Assembly (NCBI GenBank): GCA_002269645.1 | Contig: NIVC01002154.1 | Location: 62,001 to 126,000, forward strand | DNA: 64,000 bases | Origin: Macrostomum lignano | Taxonomy: Eukaryota | Reading direction: 5' to 3' | In this document: positions 1 to 13,046 of the stretch, one piece after another | Position numbering within the stretch: the first letter of the stretch is position 1 | Layout: each line of letters starts with the position of its first letter | Translations under genes and position numbers: made by a program | Notes under the pieces: generated by a model | Seen by the model: only the letters and a program-made list of their open reading frames with translations | Databases searched by the model: none | Told to the model about the DNA's origin: nothing

Positions 1-425
1 TAATCCTAGCAACCGTATTCTCCATGCCCTAGCAACCAGATCATCCATACCCTAGCAACCGTATCTTCCATACTCTAGCAACTGTATCCTCCATACCCTA
101 GCAACTGTATCCTCCATACCCTAGCAACCGTATCCTCCATACCCTAGCAACTGTATCCTCCATACTCTAGCAACCGTATCCTCCATACCCTAGCGACCGT
201 ATCCTCCATACCCTAGCAACCGTATCCTCCATACCCTAGCAACTGTATCCACAATCCCCCAACAACCGTATCCGTAGTGTAGAAACTTTATTCACAATTC
301 CCTAGCAAACGTATCCACAATTCCCTAGCAACCGTCTCCGATATCCTCCTAGCAACCGTCTCTAACATTGCTATAACAACCGTTTTTAATAACCCTAGCA
401 ACCGTTATCCACTATACCCTAGCAA
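1..425. repeat. About 23-bp minisatellite (CCATACCCTAGCAACCGTATCCT) in M13 intron 6
   Basis: Read directly. It degenerates towards the exon. Confidence 0.95.
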
Positions 426-461
426 CCATATCCTAGCAAACATCATCCGCGCGCAGCTCAC

Positions 462-3400
462 CCTGTAGGCGCTCTTCAGCCCGCCGTTGTCGGCGATGCT
501 CTCGCCCAGCACGAGCTGCCCGGGCACCCGCACGTCGCCGTCAACCACGAAGTCCTCGTACTGCTTGGCAATGCAGGCGGCCGCCTCCTTGAAGGACTGG
601 GCGGTGCGGTTGCTCCACCACTGCCGCTGGTTGCCGTTTCTGTCGAAGTTCTTGCCGTCGTCGTCGAAGCCGTGGGTGACCTCGTGGCCGATGACGGCCC
701 CGATGGCGCCGTAGCTGATGTACGGCGGGAACTGCGCCTGGTAGAACGGGCGCTGCAGGATGCCGGCGGGGAAGGCGATCACGTTTGAGGAGGGCGAGTA
801 GTAGGCGTTGATGGACTGCGGCGTCATTTCGAACTCGACCTTCACGGGTTCGGCCAGTTTGGCGATGGACTTCACGTGGCCGAGCCGCTGGATCTTCAGC
901 AGGTTGTTGAAATATTCGCCGGATGCGAACCGGAAGCTGCCGAATTCCTCGCGCATTGCCGTCTCGTTGCCGAAGTAGTCCGGGTAGCCGACCAGGTTGC
1001 GGATGCCCACCAGCTTCGCCATCGCCAGCCGCCTGGTGGTCGCGTCCATCCACGCCGCCTCCTGCAGGCTGCGGTTGAAGGCCGCCTTCACGTCGTTGAT
1101 CATGGAGTTCACCGCCAGCTTCGACTCGTCGTCGAAGTGCTGATCGACGTACAGCTTGCCGAGCCCGAAGCCGAACATGCCGCTGACGGAGCGGACGCAC
1201 AGAGCCCACGGGTTAGGCGAGCCGTGCACGCCATCCGTGATGTGGTGCAGCTTGCGGGGAATGGCAGCGGCTTCCTTGTTGAGCACAGACAGGAAGATCC
1301 ACACAGACCGGATGAGCAGGTAGTTGTTCACGGTGCTGAAGTGGTGGTGCATGGGGGTTGCTCAGGTGTCGCTCAGACCCTGTGGGAGCTGCTCAGACCC
1401 AGTGGCAGCTGCTCAGACCCTGTGGAAGCTGCTCAGACCCAGTGGCTGCTGCTCAGACCCTGTGGGAGCTGCTCAGACCCTGTGGCAGCTGCTCAGACCC
1501 TGTGGAAGCTGCTCAGACCCTTTGAGAGCTGCTCAGACCCAGTGGGAGCTGCTCAGACCCTGTGGAAGCTGCTCAGACCCTGTGGAAGCTGCTCAGACCC
1601 TTTGAGAGCTGCTCAGACACTTGAGAGCTGCTCAGACCCAGTGGCATCTGCTCAGACCCAGTGGCAGCTGCTCAGACCCAGTGGCAGCTGCTCAGACCCT
1701 GTGGAAGCTGCTCAGACCCTGTGGAAGCTGCTCAGACCCTTTGAGAGCTGCTCAGACCCAGTAGCAGCTGCTCAGACCCTTGAGAGCTGCTCAGACCCAG
1801 TGGCATCTGCTCAGACCCAGTGGCATCTGCTCAGACTCAGTGGGGATGAGAGTCCCAGCTTCACAGCTTCACAAGCTTCTTCACAAGCAAGACTCACAGC
1901 TTCTTTTGCGGATCGGCCGCCAAACGCTGCAGCAGCGGGCAGAGCTGCCGCAGGTAGTTCTCATCCCGGATGTTAACAGGCGTGTCGGGGGTGATGTGGT
2001 AGCTCACGTTGCTGGCATACCTAGCCAGGAAGTCCAACCAATTCACCTGAGTTAAATTAGAATAAGTTAAATCAAACAGCGGCTGCAGAGACGACTTCAG
2101 TAGGATGACAGGAAAATTCATTTCTAAGAAACTACGGAGATTGGAAATTTTGATTGTTTCTGCTAAGCTGGTTGGAAACTCACGCAGCCCACGTTGTCCA
2201 TGAGGTAGCGAACTGTGCTCGTGATGATCTTAGTGGAATCTCGGCGCTCCGACTCGGGCAGCGAAATCTGCAAAGCGGAGTCGCGGGCGCGGTGTCGAAT
2301 TTCTAAGAAATGCAGGCCCCAAGGCGAAGTGGCAAAATTTAGTTTCAAATTTCAATCGCCGTTGGCTTGAGGCGGCAGCAGCAGATTCTCGGGACTGTTT
2401 GTTTATCGATTCCCGAATGAAACCCGAATCCAGCAGCACTGAGCTGCTGCAAGGCTCTGCTTGCTAAGACTAAAAGCGAACTGCTGTTGCTAGCATGGTA
2501 TATAGTATGTAGCATGGTTGCTATGGTATACATGTGGTTGCTATAGTATCTATTATGGCTGCTATGGCATGTAGAATGGTTGCTATGGTATGTATTGTGG
2601 TTGCTATGGTATATATTGTGGTTGCTCTGGAATGTAGCATGGTTGCTATGGTATGTATTGCGGTTGCTATGACATGTAGTATGTGCTATAGTATGTATTG
2701 TGGTTGCTATGGTATGCTATGATTGCTATGCTATACGGTACGGTTGCTATGATATATGTTATTGTTGCTATGGTATGTAGTATGGTTGCTATGGTATACA
2801 TTATGGTTGCTATGGTATATATTGTGGTTGCTATGGTATGTATTGTGGTTGCTATGGTGTAAAGTATGGTTTCTATGGTATACAGTACGGTTGCTATGGT
2901 ATATATTATTGTTGCTATGGTATAAAGTATGGTTGCTATGGTATACATTAGGGTTGCTATGGTGTATATTATGGTTGCTATGGTATGTATCATGGTTGCC
3001 ATGGTAACTATTATTTAATTTTCTGTTAAATACACCATTGCTATGGTCATCAAGATCGTCGTCAATAGGGCACCCGAAAGCACCGCACAAACGAGCAGCA
3101 CTGTGAGAACAGACACGCGTAGCCTCAGTCTCACCTGGGCAATCTGCTTCTCCAAGTCGATCAGGTCCGTGACGTTCGACTGCGTCAGGTTGAAGTTGAA
3201 CAGCTGCGCCACGCTCAGCAGCGCCTCGGACAGAGCGGCCAGATTGGTGGCCGAGCCGTTGCCAACGTAATTCTCCCGCACGCCCAGGATGGTCCTGGCC
3301 TGGCCGAAGCAGAGCACGTGCCGGCTGGAGTTCGAGTTGTCCGGCTCCACGTCCACGGTGAAGAACGGCAGGCTCTCGGTGTGCGCGAGCAGGAACTGCA

Positions 3401-6400
3401 CCACCTCCGCGATGCCCTTCGTCAGGTTCCAGGCGCTGGCATTGAAGGCCGGTCCGCCGGCCGGACGGTGGGCAGCCCAAGGACCCAGCGGGGCGATCAT
3501 GTTGGTCACGGGCTGGACTCCGGAGGCTTCCCGGGCCGAGACGTTCATGCAGGAGGCGTACAGGCGGCCCGCGTTGGCGTAGAGCTCCGCCGAGAAGGCC
3601 GAGCGCGGCGACGGTGAGGCGTGCGCAGCCGGGGGAGCGGGCGATTCTGGGAGGGGCAGTGAGGGAAAAGCTGGAGGTGATCACAAATCCCATGATCACA
3701 AATCCCATGATCACAAATCCCATGATCCCAAATCCCATGATCCCAAATATCATGATCCCAAATCCCATGATCCCAAATCCCATGATCCCAAATCACACCA
3801 TCACAAATCCTATGATCACAAATCCCATGATCACAAATTACATGATCACAAATTACATGATCCTGAATCTCATGATCCCAAATCCCATAATCTCAAATCA
3901 CATGATCCCGAATCTAAAGATCCCGAATCCCATGATCCCGACCGAATCCAAAGAGTCCGAATCTCATGATCCCGAATCCCATGATCCCGAATCCAAAAAG
4001 TCCGAATCCAAAGATTCCGAATCCCATGATCCCAAATTACATGATCCCGAATCCCATGATCGCGAATCCCAAGATTCCGAATCCCATGATCCCGAATTAC
4101 ATGATCCCGAATCCCATGATCGCGAATCCCAAGATTCCGAATCCCATGATCCCGAATTACATGATCCCGAATCCCATGATCACGAATCCCAAGATTCCGA
4201 ACCCCATGATCCCGAATTACATGATCCCGAATCCCATGATCCCGAATCCCAAGATCCGAATCCCATGGTCTCAAATCTGCAACAAGCTCAAGAAGACAGG
4301 GTCAATCGCAATCCCATGACTAAGTCCCATTGACCGAGGTCTGACTGGATCGATGTCAGCCAGAAATTCAGTTGTTAATCCATAAATGATTCACAACTGT
4401 CTGATAGGGTTCGGGGCTCCGGCATTGGGGGATTAGCTGTCCTTGGGGAAATTGCCTCGATCTGCCTGCTAATCCTGAATTGATAAAGAGGGCCCGCAGA
4501 GCCTCCCATCCAGCAACCAGGTTTTGCCGCTGTCTGCTTTCCTTCCTCTTGTGCGAGAAGGAATTTCTCTCCGGGTTTTCGGTGCAATGTTTTGCACGCC
4601 GGAGTGCAGCGAGAGCACTGCGGCAGCCCTGTCCATTGAGCTGATTGCTCATCAGAAAACTGTTGAAAGCTTCACCAAGACTTCAAAGCTTCCGATACTG
4701 AATCCCCAAATCACACGATTAAGATGTAAAATCTATGATCTCGAACTATATTTTATGGTCCAAAACCTCATGATCCTAAATGCCTAGATCCCAAATCTTT
4801 TGATCCCGAATCCAATGATCCCGAAATAAATAATCCCGAATCTAATAATCCCGAATCCAATGATCCCAAATCCCAAAAATCCCGAATCCAATGATATCGA
4901 ATCCCATGATCCCGAATCCAATAATATCGAATCCCATGATCCCGAGTCCAATAATATCGAATCCAATGATCCCGAATCCAATGATCCCAAATCCCATGAT
5001 CCCGAATCCAATAATATCGAATCCCATGATCCCGAATCCAATGATATCGAATCCAATGATCCCAAATCCCATGATCCCGAATCCAATAATATCGAATCCC
5101 ATGATCCCGAATCCAATGATATCGAATCCAATGATCCCAAATCCTATGATCCCGAATCCAATAATCCCGATTTCAATGATCCCAAATCGTATGATCCCGA
5201 ATCCAATAATCCCGAATCCAATAATCCCGAATCCAATGATCCCAAATCCCATGATCCCGAATCCAATGATATCGAATCCAATGATCCCAAATCCCATGAT
5301 CCTGAATTCAACAATGCCGAATCCAATAATCTCGAATCCAATGATCCCAAATTCAATGATCCCGAATCCAATGATCCAGAATCGCATGATATCGAGTCCA
5401 ATGATCCCGAGTCCAATGATCCCGAATCCAATAATCCCGAATCCCATTATTCCAAATCCAATGATCCCGAATCCGCCTTGCTGTGCGACGTCATGACTGT
5501 CATGGGCTATCTGATGGCCATCCGAACGTCATAGCAAAAATGGGATTTATTGAAAGCCAGCGGCCACCCAACCGCCCGCCTACCCAGGATGCTGCGCAGG
5601 AGGATCTCATTGGCCTCGGCCTGCAGGCTGAATGACGTCACCCGCTGCGTGCCCGGCGGAATCGCCACGCGCTTGCGAAACGAGCCGCAGGCGAATTCGT
5701 AGAAATCTTCGCACGGATTGGCGGCCTCGTTCATGTAGGACAGAATCCTGGCGCTCAGGCTGATGCACTCCGGGTCCAGGCACACCACTGCGGGACCGGC
5801 GGCGTTGCTGACCATCTCACATCCACTCTCACCCCATCCACTCTCACTCCATCATCTACTCTCACCCATCTACTCTCGCTTCATCTACTCTCATTCAATC
5901 CACTCTCACTTCATCATCTACTCTCACCTAATCCACTCTCACTCTATCCAATCTCACCCAATCCACTCTAACCCTACCCACTCACCCCATCCACTCTCAC
6001 CCCATCCACTTTCACCCCATCCACTCTCACCCCATCCACTTTCACCCCATCCACTCTCACCCCATCCACTCTCACCCCATTCACTCTCACCCCATTCCAC
6101 TCTCACCCAACCACTCTCACCAAATCGATTCTCACCCCATCCACTCTCACCCCATCCATTCTCACCCTATCCACTCTCACTCTACCACTTTTCACCCCAT
6201 CCTCTCTCACTTCATCCACTATCACCCATCCACTCTAACCCCTGGGCCTCCTCTCTAATCTACTCTCACCCCCATTCACTCACCCATACCTATGCACAAT
6301 ATCCACACGTACATCTATGCATTTCTCGGTCACTCAAATCAAAGTACACAATGCACTTCTCTCTCCCAGTCGCGCAGGCCTCCCCACGCATTCCCAAAGA

Positions 6401-6772
6401 GTTCTGGAACTCACTGGACAAGTTTCGGCCCTTCGCTGGCGGCCCGGGCACCACCTCCTTGCGGTACTGCACCTCGAAGCTGTGCTGGGGCGCCGGGCAG
6501 GTGACGCGATAGAGGAAGGCCGCCAGCAGCAGCACCAAAATGGTCAGGACGCACACAGCAATGAACAAAAACTTTTCCAGATAGTTTCGCTGACGAAAAT
6601 AGTTGCGAAGTCGCTGCAGCCGGCTGGCCCGGGGCCGGGGCACCGTCACTGTTGGGACATTCTGGAACGCCTCGCCGGCTGTGCCGATGGCGCCAGCTCC
6701 GCTGCCAGCGATGCCGCTGCTGCTGCCGCCGATCTCGCTGTCCTCGTCAAGGTTGGAGCGGACGTACTTCAT
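462..6772 (-). CDS. M13 family zinc metallopeptidase (neprilysin / endothelin-converting enzyme-like), type II membrane protein, 3' end outside the window
   Basis: Exons on - strand: 6772-6415, 5787-5584, 3646-3135, 2267-2184, 2046-1898, 1335-462. All have GT-AG ends and consistent phases (1,1,0,0,2,0). The protein has an N-terminal cytoplasmic tail, a signal anchor (FLFIAVCVLTILVLLLAAFLY), the conserved C-x3-C...NPCEDFYEFACG, NAYY, the zinc motif HEVTH and the third-ligand motif GESIADNGG. The last exon ends at SAYR/GTGAG, so the C-terminal exon(s) lie left of position 1. Confidence 0.9.
1360..1840. repeat. 20-bp minisatellite (GCTGCTCAGACCCTGTGGAA) in M13 intron 5
   Basis: Read directly. 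Confidence 0.95.
2490..3010. repeat. About 21-24 bp minisatellite with core GGTTGCTATGGTA in M13 intron 3
   Basis: Read directly. Confidence 0.95.
2995..3008. promoter_or_regulatory. Consensus RFX X-box-like palindrome GTTGCCATGGTAAC
   Basis: Sequence match to GTTNCCATGGNAAC only. No functional evidence. Confidence 0.3.
3677..4320. repeat. 15-bp minisatellite (CCATGATCCCGAATC) with a 60-bp higher-order period, M13 intron 2
   Basis: Lines starting at 4021, 4081 and 4141 are nearly identical, giving a 60-bp period. Confidence 0.95.
4770..5473. repeat. 15-bp minisatellite (CCAATGATCCCGAAT), same family as 3677-4320
   Basis: Read directly. It is separated from the first block by about 450 bp of unique sequence. 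Confidence 0.95.
5812..6290. repeat. 15-bp minisatellite (CACTCTCACCCCATC) in M13 intron 1
   Basis: Read directly. Confidence 0.9.
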
Positions 6773-8591
6773 GACTAGTCCGCTGCAACAATTGCAAAGA
6801 TTTTAATTTTATCTTCTTTTTCTCGTAATATAAAATTTACAAGATGCACAAACTTGGAAAAACAGCAATAACCTTAAAACATCAATCAAATGAATTAAAA
6901 ATAAAATTTTACTAACATAAAAACGTGACATACAGCTCATTCAAACTAAATAGGCGGAAATTCGGTGATAAAAAAATTACTAGAAACTAGACTCAATAAG
7001 TTTTTAATATTACGCATTGTGCAGCAAAACAGTTTTTTGCGGAAAGGTCAAAAGCTCTATCAAAAAGAAGAAAGATTTAACCATTGATATAACCAATTAT
7101 AACCATTGTCATTGATAGAAAATATTACGAATATTTAACTATTGATCTGTTAAAATTTCTCTAGATGGCCTCTACCTTCACTTATATTGTATACTTTTAT
7201 AAGGCTAGAAAATTTCTGCTTTGAAAATTCAGTCAAAACAAAAGCGAAAGTGGATTTAATCACTTTGCTTATGAACTAAAAATAAGAACTACAAACTTTA
7301 AAACAAGCATTGTAAAATTTGATTTAGAAGCCAATAAAAAGCTAGACCTCCCATTTTCTGCAAAGTTTACGGTAGCCAAACCAGCAAGATTTTAAAACGG
7401 TACAATTTCAGTAAGCTTCAGTCAGAACCAACCTCGCTGTTAAAAGAACGTATTTTCCACTGTCGAATTTTGGACATACTCAAATAAAACTTAAACAAAT
7501 ATATATACATATATAGAAAGAAAAAAGCTGAAGTAAGAAATTAGGCCATTTTGTTACAAAGTTATTTTTTAAGCTTGTAAATTCAAGGATTTTTCTGTTT
7601 AAAACTAGTTTAGAAAAGCATCGTATTGAATTTAAAGTAAAACATATGACAAGCAATTTACATATTTATCAAATGCTCATGCACCTTACAGTAGTGCACC
7701 ATTGAAAAGTTTGCGCTTCTACGAGTAAAGGTTATCTTATCTGATCCGTGCAGTAATCAGTGCGGAAGCCGAGAAATTCCCAAGAAATTTATGTTGTCAA
7801 GTTTCCCAACTCAGCTTAATCAATGTTTTTATTTTAACACAAATCACAATCAAGTCACAATCACTAATCACTAATACAGGAAGAATCAGAATGTCTTATT
7901 TCGATTTTTTTGTTACTTACTGCTCCTGATTTTATCTTAATCACGTTTCATTACTTTTAATTTAGGTAATTTTTAAATCATATCAACTTAAACCTATTTT
8001 TATAGCTTAGGGTTAGACCTATCTAATATTTTTAGAATAGCAAGGCTACTTAAGTTTAGTTACACTTTTTTAATTAACAATATTTGGCACCATAAGTGTC
8101 AGAATGGGGGCAGGACCAGGGGGGGGGGCATCAATGGTTCCTGCCCCTCCTCCATATTTAGCAACTTTTAATATATACTTTTCAAAATAGGGCCTTTTCA
8201 TATTACCAATTCAATATTATCAGTACAGAATTGTCCTATGCAACAGATAGGCTATTTTATTGTTAAAAATTTGAAAATTACATTTGTTAAAAACAGAAAA
8301 CACATCTATTAAAACTTTCTAGCTACCTCTTCTACAACTATTTTAAATTGAAAATTTGTACCAATTTTGAGTGACAGTGCCAGTGCAACATTTTCCTATC
8401 TTGGCAGTGCATTCTGTCTATGGAGGGATGATGGCATGCTTTGAAAAAAGTACAGAAAGGAAATAGCTATCAATTTCTAGTTGCCACTGTGTATTGAAGG
8501 CGAATGAAGGGGTACCATAGGTGACCCGTGTCATCTGACTAGCACTGGTAGTCATAGTTGCAGTTACTGCAAGCTACAGCACTATAAGAAT

Positions 8592-9264
8592 ATGCATTGG
8601 AAACCATCATTTGCTGGCATGAAGCGCGCATCAGCAGCCGCTGCCACAGCTGCCAGGTCATGGCGGGACTCCGCCTCGCTGATCCTCGTCACCGAGGGTC
8701 TCCGCGTGCTGCTGCTCAAGCGCGCCGCCAAGAGCTCTTTCTTCGCTAACGCGCGCGTTTTTCCCGGCGGCGCGTTTGACCCCGGCGTAGACGCGAGCGC
8801 CGATTGGCTGCCGCTGTTCCGCGCCAACGGCGGGCGCAGCTTCGCCGCCTGGCACCCCGGCGCCGACGGCTTGGCGGCTCAGGCGGCGCAGTTTGCCTCG
8901 GCGCGGAGGGCGCCAATTTTCGAGTCAGGCGCCGCCGCGTCCGTGGCGCCGCTGGCACTGCTGCCCGAGGTGGCGCTGAGGATCTGCGCCCTGCGCGAGA
9001 CTTTCGAAGAGTGCGGCCTCCTGCTGGCTGCGGACGGCGACGGCAACCGGGTGCCGCACGACACGTGGGCGAGCGGGCCGGAGCTGCGGCTGGCCGAGTG
9101 GCAGGTGAGGGCGGCAGCCAGCGAGCCTCCGGGCTTCTGCTGCAACTGATCTCTGGGAGACTTTTCATTCGCATTGGGGACCCTTAGAGACACACAGACA
9201 GACAGCACACACACACAGGCACCAAGACAGACAGACAGACAGACAGACAGACACACAGGCAGGC

Positions 9265-9337
<73 letters not shown>

Positions 9338-11818
9338 CACAGGCAGGCAGACAGACAGACAGACAGACAGACACTAAGACAGACAGACAGACACTAAGAC
9401 ACTAAGACAGACAGATACTCAGACACTAAGACACTAAGACAGACAGACAAACACTAAGACAGACAGACAAACACTAAGACAGACACTAAGACACTAAGAC
9501 AGACAGACAGACACTCAGACACTAAGACAGACAGACAGATACTCAGACACTAAGACAGACAGACAGATACTCAGACACTAAGACAGACAGACAGATACTC
9601 AGACACTAAGACAGACAGACAGATACTCAGACACTAAGACAGACAGACACATACTCAGACACTAAGACAGACAGACAGATACTCAGACACTAAGACAGAC
9701 AGACACTCAGACACTAAGACAGACAGACAGATACTCAGACACTAAGACAGACAGACAGATACTCAGACACTAAGACAGACAGACAGATACTCAGACACTA
9801 AGACAGACAGACACATACTCAGACACTAAGACAGACAGACAGATACTCAGACACTAAGACAGACAGACACTCAGACACTAAGACAGACAGACACTCAGAC
9901 ACTAAGACAGACAGACACTCAGACACTAAGACAGACAGACACTCAGACACTAAGACAGACAGACACTAAGACACTAAGACACTAAGACAGACAGACACTC
10001 AGACACTAAGACAGACAGACACTCAGACACTAAGACAGACAGACACTAAGACACTAAGACACTAAGACAGACAGACACTAAGACGCTAAGACAGACAGAC
10101 ACTAAGACGCTAAGACAGACAGACACTAAGACGCTAAGACAGACAGACAGAGACAGGCTCTCCCGCAGTCCGCAGTGAAGCAAGACGGTCGCGAGTTCCT
10201 CCGCCTGTTCAGCATCCTGGGCCTGTGCCCGGACCTGCACAGCCTGTACGAGTGGTCGAACTGGCTGACGCCCTCCACCCTGTCCTCGCCCCGCCGGTTC
10301 GACACGGCCTTCTTCCTCTGCTGCCTGCCGGCCGCCTTCCAAGTGCGGCTGGACCTGGCGGAGATGTCCGGCGAGCACGACTGGCTGCCGCCCGTGGAGG
10401 CCATCGACAGGTGCGCGCTGTGAAGGTCTGCGTTTCCGGCGGTATCTGGGATCAAGTGGGTCAGGATCATGTATCTAATGGGTCAGGATCATGTATCTAA
10501 TGTGTCAGATAATGTATCTAATGGTTCAGGATCATGTACCTAATGGTTCAGGATCATGTATCTAATGATTCAGAATCATGTATCTAATGGGTCAGGATCT
10601 TGTATCTAATAGGTCAGGATCATGTTTCTAATAGGTCAGGATCATGTATCTAATGGTTCAGGATCCTGTATCTAATGGTTCAGTATCATGTATCTAATGG
10701 TTCAGTATCATGTATCTAATGGTTCAGGATCATGTATCTAATGGTTCAGTATCATGTATCTAATGGTTCAGTATCATGTATCTAATGGTTCAGTATCATG
10801 TATCTAATGGTTCAGGATCATGTATCTAATGGGTCAGGATCATGTATCTAATGGGTCAGGATCCTGTATCTACTGGGTCAGGATCATGTATCTAATGGGT
10901 CAGTATCATGTATCTAATGGGTCAGGATCATGTATCTAATGGGTCAGGATCATGTATCTAATGGGTCAGGATCCTGTATCTACTGGGTCAGGATCATGTA
11001 TCTAATGGGTCAGGATCATGTATCTAATGGGTCAGGATCATGTATCTAATGGGTCAGAATCATGTATCTAATGGGTCAGGATAATGTATCTAATGGGTCA
11101 GGATCATGTATCTAATGGGTCAGGATAATGTATGAAATGGGTTAGGATCATCATGTATCTAATGGGTCAGGATCATGTATCTAATGGGTCAGGATAATGT
11201 ATGAAATGGGTCAGGATCATCATGTATCTAATGGGTCAGGATCATGTATCTAATGGGTCAGGATAATGTATGAAATGGGTCAGGATCATCATGTATCTAA
11301 TGGGTCAGGATCATGTATCTAATGGGTCAGAATTTATGAATTTAAAAATCCGCCCTGCCAGGTTCCACTCCGAGCCGGCCTTCAGCCTGTCGCCACCCAC
11401 CCTGTACGAGCTGGCCAAGCTGGCCGGCCAGGCCGACTCCCTGCAGTCGCTGGAGGCCTTCGCCAAGCACCGCGGCCGCCTGGGCACGGAGCTGTACTTC
11501 CCCGTGCTGGGCGTCGGCCAGCGCCTGGCCTTCACAATGCACCCCGGCGACTGCCGCTACCCAGCCGGCCCCGACTTCAACTCCGGCCGGCACGTCGACC
11601 TCGGCGACATCGGCGACGATCAGCTGATGCGGGACCGGCCTGCCAACCGGATTGTGCATGCGGTGAACCCGGACGCCGAGCGTCACGTGACTCCCGAGGG
11701 AGCCGTCAGGCCGGCGCTGAAATCGGGGCCGAGCGCCAAGTATAGGCTGGACTGCCGCGGCCTGCGGCCCCTGTGCGGCTTCCGGCCGCCCCTTGTGCCT
11801 CCGTGTGCCAGGCTGTAG
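8592..11818 (+). CDS. NUDT19: Nudix hydrolase 19-like (acyl-CoA diphosphatase), 3 exons
   Basis: Exons 8592-9104, 10169-10410, 11362-11818 (phases 0,2). Motifs WRDSASL, LLLKR..FF...VFPGG, the split Nudix box [28 protein letters not shown] and LSPPTLYE are characteristic of NUDT19. It ends in ARL, a PTS1-type tripeptide. The start may be 8592 or 8619. Confidence 0.88.
9188..10156. repeat. (AGAC)n-derived compound repeat in NUDT19 intron 1
   Basis: AGAC runs interspersed with AGACACTA and AGATACTC. Confidence 0.95.
10445..11330. repeat. 22-bp minisatellite (TCAGGATCATGTATCTAATGGG) in NUDT19 intron 2
   Basis: Read directly. Confidence 0.95.
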
Positions 11819-11819
11819 G

Positions 11820-12622
11820 AGTCTGTTTACAGACTGTAATGTGTGGCTTGGTTATGTTTACAGACTGTCTGTAATGTGTAGCCCGGTTATGTTTACAGAC
11901 TGTCTGTAATGTGTAGCCCGGTTATGTTTACAGACTGTCTGTTATGTGCGGCCTGGTATGTTTACAGACTGTAATGTGTGGCCCGGTTATGTTTACAGAC
12001 TGTCTGTAATGTGCGGCCCGGTTATGTTTACAGACTGTCTGTAATGCGTGGCTTGGTTATGTTTACAGACTGTAATGTGTGGCTTGGTTATGTTTACAGA
12101 CTGTAATGTGTGGCCCGGTTATGTTTACAGACTGTAATGTGTGGCCCGGTTATGTTTACAGACTGTCTGTAATGTGCGGCCCGGTTATGTTTACAGACTG
12201 TCTGTAATGTGTGGCCCGGTTATGTTTACAGACTGTCTGTAATGTGCGGCCCGGTTATGTTTACAGACTGTCTGTAATGTGTGGCCCGGTTATGTTTACA
12301 GACTGTCTGTAATGTGCGGCCTGGTTATGTTTACAGACTGTCTGTAATGTGTAGCCCGGTTATGTTTACAGATTGTCTGTAATGTGTGGCCCGGTTATGT
12401 TTACAGACTGTCTGTAATGTGTGGCCCGGTTATGTTTACAGACTGTCTGTAATGTGTGGCCCGGTTATGTTTACAGACTGTCTGTAATGTGTAGCCCGGT
12501 TATGTTTACAGATTGTCTGTAATGTGTGGCCCGGTTATGTTTACAGACTGTCTGTAATGTGCGGCCTGGTTATGTTTACAGACTGTCTGTAATGTGCGGC
12601 CTGGTTATGTTTACAGACTGTA
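11820..12622. repeat. 32-36 bp minisatellite (TTATGTTTACAGACTGTCTGTAATGTGTGGCCCGG-like) starting just after the NUDT19 stop codon
   Basis: Read directly. Confidence 0.95.
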
Positions 12623-13046
12623 AAGGACTGTAGTTTTAACTTTTTGATTTATAAAGAGCTGATTCTTTGTCGGAAAATCTAAAACTGTTGTTTGATGTTC
12701 ATTAAGCATTTTCTGTTGCTGTCTGTAAGGCTGTAAGGCTGACTGACAGTATCTGTAATGCTAGCCCATCTTAATTACGTGCAGTTGTAGGCATTCGCGC
12801 ATGTCTACTTGCAATGGCAGTGTTCGCATCTGATTCAGTTGTCAAATAGACTAATGCGATTCTCCATTGATTTAGAGAAATCATTGAAATACTGTAGCTT
12901 TTGTACTGCTAATACTTTCAAATATTCGACTTGCACCTCAGTTGGTCCTGACTCGATTATTTTGCACTTAAAAATTCACATCGGCTGGGTATTTTTAGCG
13001 CAATGTCGGCCTTCAAAATCAAGTAAGACTCATTCGAGGAAAATCT

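Noticed and set aside
487-1976. Overlapping antisense and alternate-frame ORFs over the M13 exon (likewise over NUDT19, NFI-like and SKP1-like)
   Set aside because: Expected shadows of GC-rich codon usage, with no domain similarity.
2667-5534. Repetitive ORFs (IATI, MIPNP, ESHDP, GFGII repeats)
   Set aside because: Translations of intronic minisatellites, open in several frames at once.
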